A stretch of 64,000 nt of DNA from Cyanidioschyzon merolae (Eukaryota). Position numbers and translations under genes: made by a program. Location of the stretch: assembly GCA_000091205.1 (NCBI GenBank), contig AP006487.2; one strand, written 5' to 3'. The notes below the pieces were generated by a model. It was not told the origin of the DNA, did no database searches, and saw only the letters and a program-made list of their open reading frames with translations. Below, piece after piece: positions 23,160-35,100 of the stretch. Position 1 is the first letter of the stretch, and every line of letters starts with the position of its first letter.

Positions 23160-24500
23160 ACACTGGAAGAAAGAAAAAGATGCGCTGCCCGCCAAAAACC
23201 GATATTCTCAAACCGTGTTTGTGGGCAATGGTAGAAAAGGACCCGTTGAGCACTTTACGGAAAGCAAAGAGCGACGATAGTTGCCACCACGGGCGTCTCT
23301 GTTTCCCAACAGCTTGTTCGCTTGGTCCTGAAACCCCTAGGATACAGTCGCGAAAAAAGAGTCCTGGTTCACGCACGGCCATCTTCCATCTAAATCGCAA
23401 TAACAGCGTTCCTGAAACTCGGGGATCGGTATGCAGTACAGAGACGTTGATTTGTATTTTCAGTCGATGAGACTTGCCTCGGACCAAACGTTGGTACATA
23501 TTTGAGTATTCGCGGAGAGGGAGCCCGTTGTATGTACGATCGCTCTCGACGAGAACGAGGGCATCATCTATTCTAGCTGCGGTGGATTCATTTGGCGGCC
23601 GCCGTTTTGCTGGCACAGAGGGCTCGCACAACAGGACCAACCACTTTGTCCAACCATTGAAGACTCTTCCCTGCCGTCTGGCGACGTTCCCCTATCGGAA
23701 ATCGTGGGGTATAACCATTCCCCTGGGGTTCGAGTTTTCGAAGAATCTTTCGGGGTAGAGCTGTTTTTCATTCCTCCACACGCTCCAGGGTTGAAGCCCA
23801 TCTATGGAGTGTTTTCTATCGTGAAACGTTATGATCGCCTCACCGAGCGCATCGCTGCAGCTTTCTGTACACGGTGATACAGCGGCACATTCCGTCCTTC
23901 TTCTGCAAGTGCCTCTCACTCCGGAAAGATCCTCATCTAAGCGAATAAAGGAGAACGTTCATTTGATGAAATAAAAAATCCGAGGGAAAGGTACGGTCAT
24001 ATAAGTCAAGGATCCTGGAGGTACATGTCGTCGGCTGACAAAAGAAAATGAAAAATCCTCTTCTCGCCGACCATCGAGCGAAGAAGAAGAGGGGAGATAG
24101 ACCAGGAAAGGTGTTTGCCCTGCGGGACAAAAACTAGACTGTAGGGTCACTGACGGCACGAGTTCTAGGACTCCCTGAACAGCTAAATCCCATCAAAAGC
24201 AACAAATGCATATCGTTCTTGAACGGAGACTTCAACGACGCCATCAATATCAGACGATGTGCAGTGCTGAATACGAGGCCTGCGGAGCTGACTCGACCGA
24301 ATGTTCTGGGGCAACCTCTCAGGCTCGAAGTCTACAGAGAGAAGCTGAAGCCGATGGCAGGGCGCCTTTCGGGAAAGGCTGTGAGGCGTCTGCGAGTGGG
24401 TTACATAAATAGAAATATATGCTCTATAGTAGCGAACGGTTTTCCGTTTTGCTCTATATATAGGTTCGATTTGAAACACATTCTCAGCAGGGCGTAGCCT
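23160..24500 (+). mobile_element. Internally deleted, non-autonomous derivative of the Fanzor/TnpB-like element. It retains the C-terminal region including the RuvC-III motif
   Basis: The plus-strand frames show three blocks: KKKMRCPPKTDILKPCLWAMVEKDPLSTL (23180..23470), YSRRGSPLYVRSLS...AAVDSFGG (23474..23758) and GDFNDAINIRRCAV...LKPMAGRLS (24219..24497, TTG start). Together these are homologous to 51904..53010(-) and to the RuvC-III/C-terminus of 12843..15148(-). The RuvC-I and RuvC-II segments are absent. Confidence 0.5.
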
Positions 24501-24819
24501 TCGTCTAGAGACAGTCGAGACCAAACGCTCAGAAAGTTAATGTTACCACAAAATCTCGTCATTCGATTCAAGAAGCGGTACGTGCATGTCTTTGGTTGAC
24601 GCGCACCCTAGCAACGCGTACCGAGAACCATCCAGGCACGAAAATACGTGCCGGGCGACGGCGTTGCAGAATCCGGATTTTGGTGATAACACGTAGGGTA
24701 TTCTTAGCACCCGTCTTACTGTTCTCGCGTTCGCAAGAATCACGCCGCGGGACGCTGTAGGGACCGACTTGTTGTGACGGAAGTGATCCGCACTCTTCAT
24801 CGTACCTCGAGTGCCGAAG

Positions 24820-27800
24820 ATGGTTCGTCTATACCCCACGTTCAAGGCAGAAAAAGTCCTCGGGGTGGTTGCTAGCCCGTACGGGACTGTCATAGGCGCA
24901 CATGGAGGGGGTGGTAGTTACTTCGTTGGAAACCAGACGATAGGTTTCTTCCGATTGCCATGCGCACCATCCAGTACGCGGAAAAGCGTTTCAGACCTGG
25001 ACTCGCAACCGCGAAAGGATCGGAGTCTGAAGCGTGGCCCACTTCTGTACGTTGCAGTGGCCGCTGTGGAGGCCGTTCACGTTTGGGAGACACGACGTGC
25101 CCGCCTTGTCGCGAGACTGACCAATGTGTCAGTGCTATCTCCGGTAACGTGCATCAGCTGCACCCTGGATCTCGGGTCACTGACTAAGCACACAGACCAG
25201 GATCAACGACGCTCTTCGGGTCCACAAATGGTGTCGTCTGTATGGTATATGATTGCTGCCGGCCATGCTGACGGTACGATATCGCTCTACGTGCTCCAAG
25301 CGAGCGAAGGACAAGCCAGGAGTACTTGGTACGACAAAGCAGCGTACCCGTTTGGGCAAACCCAAGGAGACGCTACCCAGTCGGAGCCATCAGCCGCATC
25401 AGGTGGCGTGGATCACGCTGTGTTCAGACTCTGCGATACGAAGCGGCTTCAGGGGCATCGAAGTGGCGTGACTTGTCTCGCCTTCTCTGGAGACAGCGCC
25501 CATCTCGCCTGCGGATGCCGAAACGGAGATGTCAGCCTCTGGGACATTTGGTCGGAACAGTGCATTCTCCAGCTTCGCGGTCTTCATTCGGATCTGGTGA
25601 CCTCGCTGTGCTTCATTGGGAATTCCGAAGACAACATTACGTTCGATGCAATGCAAAGCACCAGACGAGGTAACGCGCTGTACCGAGGAAAAGTGCTTCT
25701 GAGCAGCGGCAAGGATGCCGTGATTAAACTGGTGGATCTGGAAACGCAAGACTGCCTTCAGGCGCTGTTTTGTGAACAGAGCGCCATATGGAGCACCGTA
25801 TACCTAGCGAAGCGGAAACTGTTTCTCGCTGGAAATAACGACGGGGACATTCACCTTTGGCGGCAGAATGCAGCGGCCTCTGGTGACGCGCACGCATGGC
25901 GCCCGCCGTCGCATGGCACGCATTTCACGAAGATCGGCGTCGTGCATCGAGCCCGCGCACGATCGCGACTTTTGGGCCTCTGCGCGGCGCCTGATGATTC
26001 TTTTGTGATCGGCTTCGATGCGGATCGAAACTTGGAGTTTTACGAGGTACGTGATGAGAGTGGTGTCAAGCGACATATCAAGAGAAGGCGCAAACGGGCA
26101 GCGAAAAAACATGCGATGGAGCATGTTTCAAGTGCGAATTCATGCCTCGAGGGCGAATCCGGTGACGGAGACGATGCGATGCGCAATGAGCTGGAAGCGT
26201 CGGATTTTCTCTGTCTGCGCTTGCAAACCAAGTTTGAGTGTAAGATCTTATCACTTGCATGTATTACAAACGGTGATAGATTCGGAAAAGATCGCATGGA
26301 AAACTTAATGTTTATCGTTCATCGCGCAAATAACGCTGTGAGCGTTGAAAACGCATGCATGATTCTCGGAGACACACAAAACGAGGTTTCGGGCGAGATA
26401 AGCCTAGCAAATGTGACGAATGCTACTCGCGAGACCAGGCTCGAAACGTCCCCCGTTCGAGTGTCTGGAGTGGAGTGCGCATTGTATATTGGCGGCGACG
26501 GGCATCCGCAACCTGTCACCGCCCTTGCCCTATCTGATGACTTCGATCAGTTTCTGAGCGCCAGTATGAAATCCGTTCCATTACCTCGAGTCGGCCATCC
26601 GCTGATCCTATCAGCGGCGCAGGACATTCGAATTTGGAATAGTGGCACAGGGCAGTGCCTGTGCTCTATAGAGCTTCCGGATGCAGGTGAAAGGAAGAGA
26701 CCAACCGTGACTGCTGTCATGTTTCTGCGCCCGCCGTCCGACGCGGGAGCTTCCTTTGTCGAGGGGAAGTATGCAGCTGTAGCAACGAACAAAGGTGCCG
26801 TCATGATTCTCGACTGCGAATCGGGAGTGATTCTGGAAAAGCAATCGATAGCGCCAGCGAATGGGGCACCTACAGGACCAGTCATTCGGGCGATGGCACA
26901 ATCAGCTTCGGGTAATTTCATAGCAGTGGGCGGCAACGCCGGCTTTGTTAGTTTCCACCGCTTGAGCTTCTCTGGAACAACCTGGAGCGTTCACGATGCT
27001 CCTCGACTCGAGGTTGCAAATGAAATTACAGCGCTATGCTTCACGCCTAACGAGGAACTCATCCTTGTTGCGCTCACGGATATGACGGTTCGTGCGTTCC
27101 GAATGGATTCACTCTCTTTTGCACTTTCTTTCTATGGACACAAGTTGCCGGTAACCACCATGGACATTAGTGGTGACTCGAAGATGCTTGTTACGGGCTC
27201 CATGGACAAATCGATCAGACTTTGGGGGCTGCAATTCGGCGACTGCATTAGATGCATCTCGCGCGCCCACGAAGATGGTGTCACATGCGTGCGCTTCGAC
27301 TATAGTAATCCTCGCTGCTTTTGGTCTGGCGGACGGGACGGCAGTCTGCGCTACTGGGACGCTGATCTTGCTGCTGATCGAAGTTTTATTTGCACACTTG
27401 ACGGCAAGAATGTGCTCGCTGAAAATGGCTGGGGCCACCGCAGCGGTACGGTCACAAGCATCGCGCCAAGCGGTCGAGGGGAAATCGTCGTCAGCGCTGG
27501 AACGGACCATAGCATCCGTGTTTGGCATCGTCTGGATGATCAGATTGTTGCTGGAGAAGAAGGCGAACGAGCTCTTCGAGAGCACTTCGAAACGGACGCT
27601 CTGAAGGATCAAGAATCGGACTACATAGGAATCATTGAGGCAGAGGAGAATGAAAGTGAAGCAGCCTACGAGCCAGCGACCAGCGTCGGGAGCATTCACA
27701 ACACACCAAACTCTCTGAAAACCCTGGACAGTATTGCTGCTACAGATCGAATCATTGAGCAGATGGCGAGATTCGAGGATGAAACTCGTTTGGATGGGTC

Positions 27801-28167
27801 CTCCGCGAAAAAACAGCGCATCAGCGAATTGCTTCCACTTCTGCGGAGTATCCGCACAACGCATTACAATGCGGCGCTCACCGCGTTACCGATGGGCTCA
27901 GCATTGATGCTCGCTCGAATTTGCCTCGAAACGGCGGAACACCCGGAAGATTTCATCCAGTGCTCTCTAAGTGATCGAGAGTTACTCATTCGCACGGTTT
28001 TGAAATTGATCAAGGATCGATTTCGAGAATTCTGTGTTCATATTGCAGGTCCCGAAGGAAACCAGACCAGAAAATTCGTTTCGACTTTCCGGCAGCGAGC
28101 ACAAGCTTTTGTACGCGATTCGCGCAGCATTGTCGGGATGAATATCGCCGCTTTGCGGATGATTTAG
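24820..28167 (+). CDS. WDR3: WD40-repeat U3 snoRNP / SSU processome protein, WDR3 / UTP12 / DIP2 homolog
   Basis: There are multiple WD repeats (e.g. GHRSGVTCLAFSGDSAHLACGCRNGDVSLWD). An extended block LSFALSFYGHKLPVTTMDISGDSKMLVTGSMDKSIRLWGLQFGDCIRCISRAHEDGVTCVRFDYSNPRCFWSGGRDGSLRYWDAD aligns almost residue-for-residue with human WDR3 ([48 protein letters not shown]...QWDADKFE). The N-terminus KMVRLYPTFKAEKVLGVV matches WDR3 KQYLRYVASAVFGVIG. The C-terminus is Utp12-like. The first ATG is at 24820. Confidence 0.9.
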   Translation: MVRLYPTFKAEKVLGVVASPYGTVIGAHGGGGSYFVGNQTIGFFRLPCAPSSTRKSVSDLDSQPRKDRSLKRGPLLYVAVAAVEAVHVWETRRARLVARLTNVSVLSPVTCISCTLDLGSLTKHTDQDQRRSSGPQMVSSVWYMIAAGHADGTISLYVLQASEGQARSTWYDKAAYPFGQTQGDATQSEPSAASGGVDHAVFRLCDTKRLQGHRSGVTCLAFSGDSAHLACGCRNGDVSLWDIWSEQCILQLRGLHSDLVTSLCFIGNSEDNITFDAMQSTRRGNALYRGKVLLSSGKDAVIKLVDLETQDCLQALFCEQSAIWSTVYLAKRKLFLAGNNDGDIHLWRQNAAASGDAHAWRPPSHGTHFTKIGVVHRARARSRLLGLCAAPDDSFVIGFDADRNLEFYEVRDESGVKRHIKRRRKRAAKKHAMEHVSSANSCLEGESGDGDDAMRNELEASDFLCLRLQTKFECKILSLACITNGDRFGKDRMENLMFIVHRANNAVSVENACMILGDTQNEVSGEISLANVTNATRETRLETSPVRVSGVECALYIGGDGHPQPVTALALSDDFDQFLSASMKSVPLPRVGHPLILSAAQDIRIWNSGTGQCLCSIELPDAGERKRPTVTAVMFLRPPSDAGASFVEGKYAAVATNKGAVMILDCESGVILEKQSIAPANGAPTGPVIRAMAQSASGNFIAVGGNAGFVSFHRLSFSGTTWSVHDAPRLEVANEITALCFTPNEELILVALTDMTVRAFRMDSLSFALSFYGHKLPVTTMDISGDSKMLVTGSMDKSIRLWGLQFGDCIRCISRAHEDGVTCVRFDYSNPRCFWSGGRDGSLRYWDADLAADRSFICTLDGKNVLAENGWGHRSGTVTSIAPSGRGEIVVSAGTDHSIRVWHRLDDQIVAGEEGERALREHFETDALKDQESDYIGIIEAEENESEAAYEPATSVGSIHNTPNSLKTLDSIAATDRIIEQMARFEDETRLDGSSAKKQRISELLPLLRSIRTTHYNAALTALPMGSALMLARICLETAEHPEDFIQCSLSDRELLIRTVLKLIKDRFREFCVHIAGPEGNQTRKFVSTFRQRAQAFVRDSRSIVGMNIAALRMI

Positions 28168-30390
28168 CTCTGAGTACCTGGCTTCGTGAAGGCGAGCTAG
28201 ATCTCACTAAAAATGATTCAGATGCAAATATTCTGGCCAGGCGCGGAGGTTCGAGTTTCGACTCTGGAACCATCGACAGCCGCCAACGAATCCTGCTTCT
28301 AAAGTGCTACGTTCACACCCAGTTCGCAGTCAGCGTGTAACAGCCCGCCTCCGATAATTCGGTCGTAAAAACTAATGTTTGGGAATGCTCCCGCTGTCGA
28401 AAAAATCAGCCTTTGCGGTCCTTTTCTCCAAGGGCTGCCTTTTCCTCTCTCGTAGCCGCAGCTTTAAATATTTCGGTCTCCCGTGACCCTCCAGCTCCCG
28501 TTTCAGAACTCTAGAAATGTTGATGGCGGCGTTAAAATCCCGTGTTCGCAGCTTCTGGTAGTTGTCGTCGCGTTTGGTGCACAGGCGGATGTTGCGATCT
28601 ACGCCTCGCTTGCCTTTTTTTCATCTTTGTGTACGGCCAAGGAGCGTCCTCTGCAGCGGTGGCACCTGGCTTTTGTACGGTGTTCCTATATGTGCAACGC
28701 GCCTTCCCCAATGAGGTTCACACTGTAGCCTGTGAACGCTCGCTTCAGCGCTCGATCCATGCCCTAGACGGTCGCAGAGCGATCCTGTCGATACATCCAT
28801 CGATTTTAGAGCCCGCTGTCGTATCCCGCTATCATGGAAGTCTTGTACGTGAGCCACTTAGCGAGTACTCTCCGTTCTGCAGACGCAACCGCATGGCGTT
28901 CCATTCGGTAGAGCATTTGCGGAGCGCGATATTGCTGATGATGAAACAAAAATCGGAAAGAAAATCATGGATAGAGAACAAGTCAGGAAGTGTTTATCCG
29001 TCAATGCTCCATTCGCGCAAAGCGGTGACGTACACTCGACTACAAGCGATCGCAATGATGAATCAAGTCCGAGTCCAAGAAAATTCTCCATGTAAGAAGA
29101 GGAGTCGGGAGCCTTTGAGAGCATATCCCGCCAGAGATATCTCGCTGCTGCCGAACGCGGTTTCTTCGATGTCTGCAAAGATTGGAGAATTTGCTTTTCA
29201 AACTGAAGGGATTAACTGTGTTGAGAAATTCAGCGTAGTTTCAGCATGAGTTCGTGAAAAAGTTGCCAAAGGGCGACGTCGATATTTATTTATCGCCGAT
29301 CCACTGGCGCGAATTTGTACGGCCACAAGTAGACTTACAACAGGGAGATCGAGTACTTGAAGAATGCATGGTTTCAGCATTCTAAACAGGAAAAAAGGGG
29401 AAGAACGGAGGCTTCTGCGTATGAACTGGTAAATGATATAGGTAATTTGACGTAATCATGTTCATCGGCGTCGTTATTCAACTTAAAGACAGTGACGTAA
29501 CAAATTCCGGCTCCAAAATGTCGAAAAGGTCACTCCCTAAAGACGACCGAGAATCCTAAAACGAAGCGTGAATCTGTAAGCTTTTGCTGCCGCACTTCAA
29601 ATGCCGACGCTGCACGCCTAACAAAGTTCCATTAAAATCCAAAGATGGTAACAGAGCTAGCGGTTCAGTGCCCCATATTAATCTTTTGCGGATGCAGAGG
29701 CTGCGGTGCGGAGTCGGCCATAGGTAGCTCGCAGCCGCTTTCGCGACATATCCGTATATGGGCCTCGTCGCTGCAATTTCCGGCGCCATGCAGGAGGATA
29801 TCTGCGTTTGCGTGCGGTTCGACGACACTTTGTCTTCGACTGAGGGTCTGGGCCTGTGTCTCGAGCAGGTAAGCAGTGTGGACTCCAGCAAATGGAGTCA
29901 GGGACATCATGGATGTTCCGAGGTCCATGCATCTCATTCGGAAATTCATGTCCGGAGCCGGCTGCCGTAATAGGCATATGCCGCAATGATGATTTCCTCT
30001 GACTTGGCTATCGAAAGATGTCTCGGGGCATCGAAATTCTACAGAGTCCGTCTAGAGTATCTATTTCTGTGCGTGGAGACACAACAGCACGAATAGGCAA
30101 TGCTATGATATTGTGGCTCTTATCACACGAGCGAGCAAGATGATGCGAATCATGTGCGATCATTGCGAGTCCACTTTCCAGTGGCGAAGAAAGAGCCAGA
30201 GCGAAGGCAACTTATGCCGTTTGTTGAACCGCGAGAGGTAAGACGGTTCCCGGGCACGGAGGCGAGCTGATCGTGTTGTAACCGCCCCAGCTAAACTTCC
30301 ATCAAGAAACCTTTCCCGCAAACTTCACGACAAGTAAACTCGTAGCTCGTCCATGTACCTAGAAAGGAGACTTCTCTGGTTAGGAGCGCT

Positions 30391-30708
30391 TCACGGTGCG
30401 CGCGAAGTTTGAACTGATTGCGTCAACGAGCCCTCGCGATCATGCCTCAATTCTGTTGTTGACTGTGCCGCTGCATCTTGCAAATGCCTAATTTTCCTAT
30501 CATTCTTCGAGCTTTCGGAAGAGAAGGACTTTTTCAAGTCATACCTATACTCTACAGCCTCGCAGAACAAGAAAATCGCGGCAGCTGGAAGTAGTGCGTA
30601 GAGAAAGTTGCGCAAGTGCCAGTCCCACTTTAAGCGTCTCCTATACGGAGACCAAGCGACATCGTGGCGTGTTCGCTCGTTGTACGGTGTAAAGAGGGCC
30701 TTAAACAT
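30391..30708 (-). CDS. Small single-pass membrane protein, possibly the NADH dehydrogenase 1 beta subcomplex subunit 3 (NDUFB3/B12)-like
   Basis: From the ATG at 30708 the sequence is MFKALFTPYNERTRHDVAWSPYRRRLKWDWHLRNFLYALLPAAAIFLFCEAVEYRYDLKK. Its pattern resembles NDUFB3 (...RNEAWRY...[20 protein letters not shown]). It has one predicted TM helix. The track ORF extends upstream to 30915 without support. Confidence 0.35.
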   Translation of the reverse strand: MFKALFTPYNERTRHDVAWSPYRRRLKWDWHLRNFLYALLPAAAIFLFCEAVEYRYDLKKSFSSESSKNDRKIRHLQDAAAQSTTELRHDREGSLTQSVQTSRAP

Positions 30709-31577
30709 GTTTTCATCCTCAACCATTCGAGAAGGTTGTCGCCAGCTGGCAAGCGGCTTCCTTTGTAGGCAACATGCAATTCGGATCGTTTCGTTCACAG
30801 ATCGCGTGCGATCGCGGTTCCTGCCCGCGGCCCTCAGGAGCATCCAGTCGATGAACCGTGTTCTATACGGGTCTGCCAACGGTGAGACAAAAGCTGAGAC
30901 GATTGTCATTTTCACACGCTGCGACTGTTTTTGCTGTCAACAGTCGATCATGTGGGCGTGGCGTATCGTTTCAAGGGACGGGTTGGCAGACCAAATCATT
31001 TGAAACGGGCGGTCTTGTACGGTATCGAGCGGATATTGCATTTAACTCCACGCATCATGCATGGAGCTCTTCAGTCGTACCAAAAGTTGGCAACGTCGGT
31101 GACCGGTGGAAGGGGGCAGCTCAGTGATGTCCGCGGAGACGCCTCATCCACAGAGTCTCCGTAAACCGTCACGGCGCAGCGTTTCGCATACCACCGTGCT
31201 GGCTTTGACCAAATGGAGGCCGCCGCAGTCACGTGGAGAGTAAACGATGCTTTTCCAAGTGATATGCCGATCATACCCGTCTGGCGTCCATACAGAAACC
31301 CGATAGATCCAGCCTTCTGCCCGTCTATTTTCGCAGCCGAAGTCATTGGCGCGATGACAGCACTCCGAAGATCGCGCCACGCTAACCGGAAGGGAATTCC
31401 CTTCCGCGGCGGAAAGGTTTCCGTCTGAACCACAATGTCCATCTCGCTGGTTTAGAGGAATACCTCGCCATTAGGGAATTTGTTTCGGCGCCACCGTCGT
31501 CCTGAACGATCCTGCGATAGAGGCCTTTTTCCTACGTTGCATTGTTAGAGCGTTGGAAAGCTAGGACTTGATTTTCA

Positions 31578-31796
31578 ATGGCAAAGTCAAAGAACCACAC
31601 AAACCATAATCAGTCACGGAAAGCGCATCGCAACGGAATAAAGCGGCCCCGTAGTCACCGGTACGCGTCAACGAAAGGAATGTACCAAAAGTTTCTGCGG
31701 AACCAGCGGTTTGCCCGGAAGGGTTCGGTGCTGGCTCTGAAACTTGCACGAAGACAAGCGCGCAGAGCCGCGGAGCAGAAAATGGAGACGGTGTAG
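31578..31796 (+). CDS. RPL29: 60S ribosomal protein eL29 (L29e)
   Basis: [35 protein letters not shown]... is an almost exact match to the eL29 N-terminal signature ([24 protein letters not shown]). It has an ATG start and is 72 aa. Confidence 0.9.
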   Translation: MAKSKNHTNHNQSRKAHRNGIKRPRSHRYASTKGMYQKFLRNQRFARKGSVLALKLARRQARRAAEQKMETV

Positions 31797-32111
31797 GTTT
31801 CGCGTGTTACCTCAAATATGAAGACGAGTTCCGATGATCGAGAGGTCGCAACCGGCTCGAAGCGGGTTTCGGCTTCTGGACCATAGTCCCGTTCAGCAGC
31901 TTGGCACGCTGGGTTCACCGGCAAGCATCTCTTGCCTCAACTTCAGGTGACAGGAAACCAGGGTGACCGATACTTTGCGAGCGAAGTTGCGTAACGACGG
32001 CTTTCATTTGGCCGAAGGCCGAGTGTTTTGGGCTTCGTGCGGTTCGCGCGAAACCGCAGCGAGCTGAAGCTTCAGCCAACAAACAGCGCTCCGCGCTTTA
32101 CCGACCTTGAC

Positions 32112-35100
32112 CTAAACCCGCTCGACGCCCAGGTGCTTGAGGGAACGCACGCAGCGCTCACATACTTGTGAATGCTCATGAAGTGCACCCACAGTTTCGG
32201 AGAAATTCCAACAGCGAGCACATTTCGAACCGTACGCTTTTTGTACCTCGACGTGGGTCTCGCTAGCAGCGCCTGGAGACTCCCCATTCCCAGAGCAACG
32301 GACGACGTCAACTTGGGACGTGATAAAGAAGTATCGCAAATCATCAACCCCATTTGAGGGATCAAAGCTTGTAAGCGCCTCCTCTACGTGCCGTGCATGC
32401 GGATATATGATGACACGTGCCTCCAACGACGATCCTATTAGCCCGTTTGTGCGAGCTGTTTCAAGTGCCTTATTCACAAGTTCGCGAACTTCTCGAACGA
32501 TGGTCCATTTTTTGTCCTCATACTCGTCTGAGAGAATCTGTGGCACATAAGAATACCAACCATTTTGGAAAATACTAATCGGCGCTCCAGAGGGCAACTT
32601 GCCATCTTTGCGTAGGCATTGCCACAGGTCCTCGACGGTGTGCGGTAGAATGGGTGCCAACGCTCGTGCCATATCCATTAAGATCGCCCACATTGTTGCT
32701 TGGCAAGTTTGGCGACGTGGTTCATCCGGAGCGGCAACGTAGCAGCGATCTTTGGCAATATCTAGATAGAAATTGCTCAAGTCAGCGACACAGAAACGCA
32801 GGACGCTCTGAAATATTCTGTTGAACGTGAAGTTCTTGTACGCGTCCTCAATATCCTTCAACACTGCTGCAGCGCGACGCAGTATATAGCGGTCCAGTGA
32901 AGGTAGATTTGCATCGTTCAAAGCATTCACGCTCACAGGGCACGTTTCATCCCATCGTGGAACGTTGCCGGCCAGGAAGCGCAGTGTATTTCGGATCTTC
33001 CTGTAAGCGTCAGCAGTTTGCTTCAAAATCGTTGGACCAATCAGCACATCACTCATGTAATCAACACTGGCGACCCAGAGGCGGAGCACGTCCGCGCCGA
33101 GGGCAGGTTGCTTTTTCTGGTTTTGCCCGCCGTTGATGATCTCCGAGGGATCGACCACATTACCAAGCGACTTGGACATCTTCAGCCCCTTCTCATCTAA
33201 AACGAATCCGTGCGTGAGAACCGCGCGAAACGGAGCATAGCCGCGAACTGCAACGGATGTCAAGAGCGAGGACTGGAACCATCCCCGATGCTGATCGCTG
33301 CCCTCGAGGTAAAGATCTGCGACCACAGACGGAAGCCAGCTCGAGCTGGAGCCTTCGCCATGAGATTTGGAGAGTGAGGCCCAGGAGCTCCCCGAATCAA
33401 ACCAGACATCCATGGTGTCTAAGCCACGACGCAGTCTCCGCCCCGTCTGAATGATACTCGCTGGAAGGAGCTGCTCAATTGGAAGCGTCCACCAAGCATC
33501 AGATCCGTGTTTTGCAAAAATTTCGCTCACGTACTGGATGATTTCCATACTGATGACGGCTTCGCCGGTGTCTTCATCATAAAAGACGGGTATTGGCACT
33601 CCCCACGGGCGCTGTCTCGATATACACCAATCATCACGAGACTCGATCATTCCCCGGATGCGATTCTCTCCGGCAGGTGGCACCCACTGGACGCTCTGGA
33701 GCGCTTCCAGTGCTTTGTCACGAAACTGACGCACGGAGGCGAACCATTGCTCTGTGGCACGAACGATAGTCGGCTCTCTCGTTCTCCAATCATACGGGTA
33801 CTTGTGCTCGTATTTTTCTTCGAGCAGCAGAGCATTACTCGATCGCAGCAATTCTAAAACCCGAGCATTACCTTCTTGAAGTACAGGGAGCCCCGCGAGC
33901 TCGGGACCAGCATCTGATGTGAATCTTCCGACATCATCGACAGGCGCAAAGACTTCGAGTGATTCGCGTAATCCAACGTTATAGTCCTCTAGGCCGTGCC
34001 CAGGTGCGGTGTGCACCAGGCCGGTCCCGCTCTCGGTCGTGATGTAGTCGCCACCGGCAACCACGCGGTATACCTCCATTGGATACAAAGGGTGCCTGTA
34101 GGTCATACCGACTAACTCAGAGCCAGGTACAATCTTCTTGTTAGAGAGAGGCCTATGCAACTTTTGTTCAAGAGTTTCCACAAGGTCTTGGGCTACTACA
34201 AGCAACGTGCAGGGCTTCCCTTGCTCATCCTCGAGAGCCACGATACTGTACGGCAGGTTTGGATTCACCGCTACAGCCCGATTCGCGGGAATCGTCCAGG
34301 GCGTGGTCGTCCAGATTGCAACTCTGAACGAATCGAATTCGAGCTCACTGATAATCCCACGCAGTTTCCCAGCGTCTACAACCTCGAAAGCAACGTACGC
34401 CGATCGCGAAACGTGCACGTCCGGATATTCAAGCTCCGCCTCTGCCAACGCTGTGCGAGAGCTTGGACTCCAGTACACAGGTTTTCTGCCACGATAAATG
34501 TAGCCTTTCAGAAACATCTCACCAAAAATACGGACCTGAGCGGCTTCGTACTGGTGGTCCAATGTTAAGTATGGCGCATTCCAGGTTCCCCAGACACCGT
34601 AGCGCTTGAAACCCTTCCGTTGTTCCTCGATGGCCTCCAGGGCAAACTTTCGCGCAAGCAGTCGAATCTGCAATGGATCAAGTGCTTCCCGATGATTAGA
34701 CCTAGCCGACTGCACGGCTTTTAGCTCGATGGGGAGGCCATGGCAATCCCAGCCGGGAACAAAGCGGACACGCTTCCCGCAGAGTATGAAATAGCGGTTG
34801 ATAATGTCCTTAAGTATCTTATTTAGAGCGTGCCCCATATGGAGGGACCCGTTCGCGTACGGTGGGCCGTCATGCAACAAAAATTCGGCGTTCCTGGAGT
34901 TATCTTCGTACAATCCTTCGTAAATGCGGTTTTCCTCCCAGAAGCGTTGGATCTGCGGCTCCCTCTCAGTTGAGTTTGCTCTCTGAGAGAAGCTGGTCTC
35001 AGGTAGGCTAACTGTATGCTTATACGGCGAGTCGTTTGCCTCCTTCACGCTCTTGTCTTTCGCAGTCCAAGGGGACTGCTCGCCCTGAGTAGTAACAGAT

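Noticed and set aside
28542-29249. A 235 aa ORF downstream of WDR3
   Set aside because: No recognisable motif was found. It is overlapped by other frames and shows no repeat or homolog evidence. It is left uncalled.
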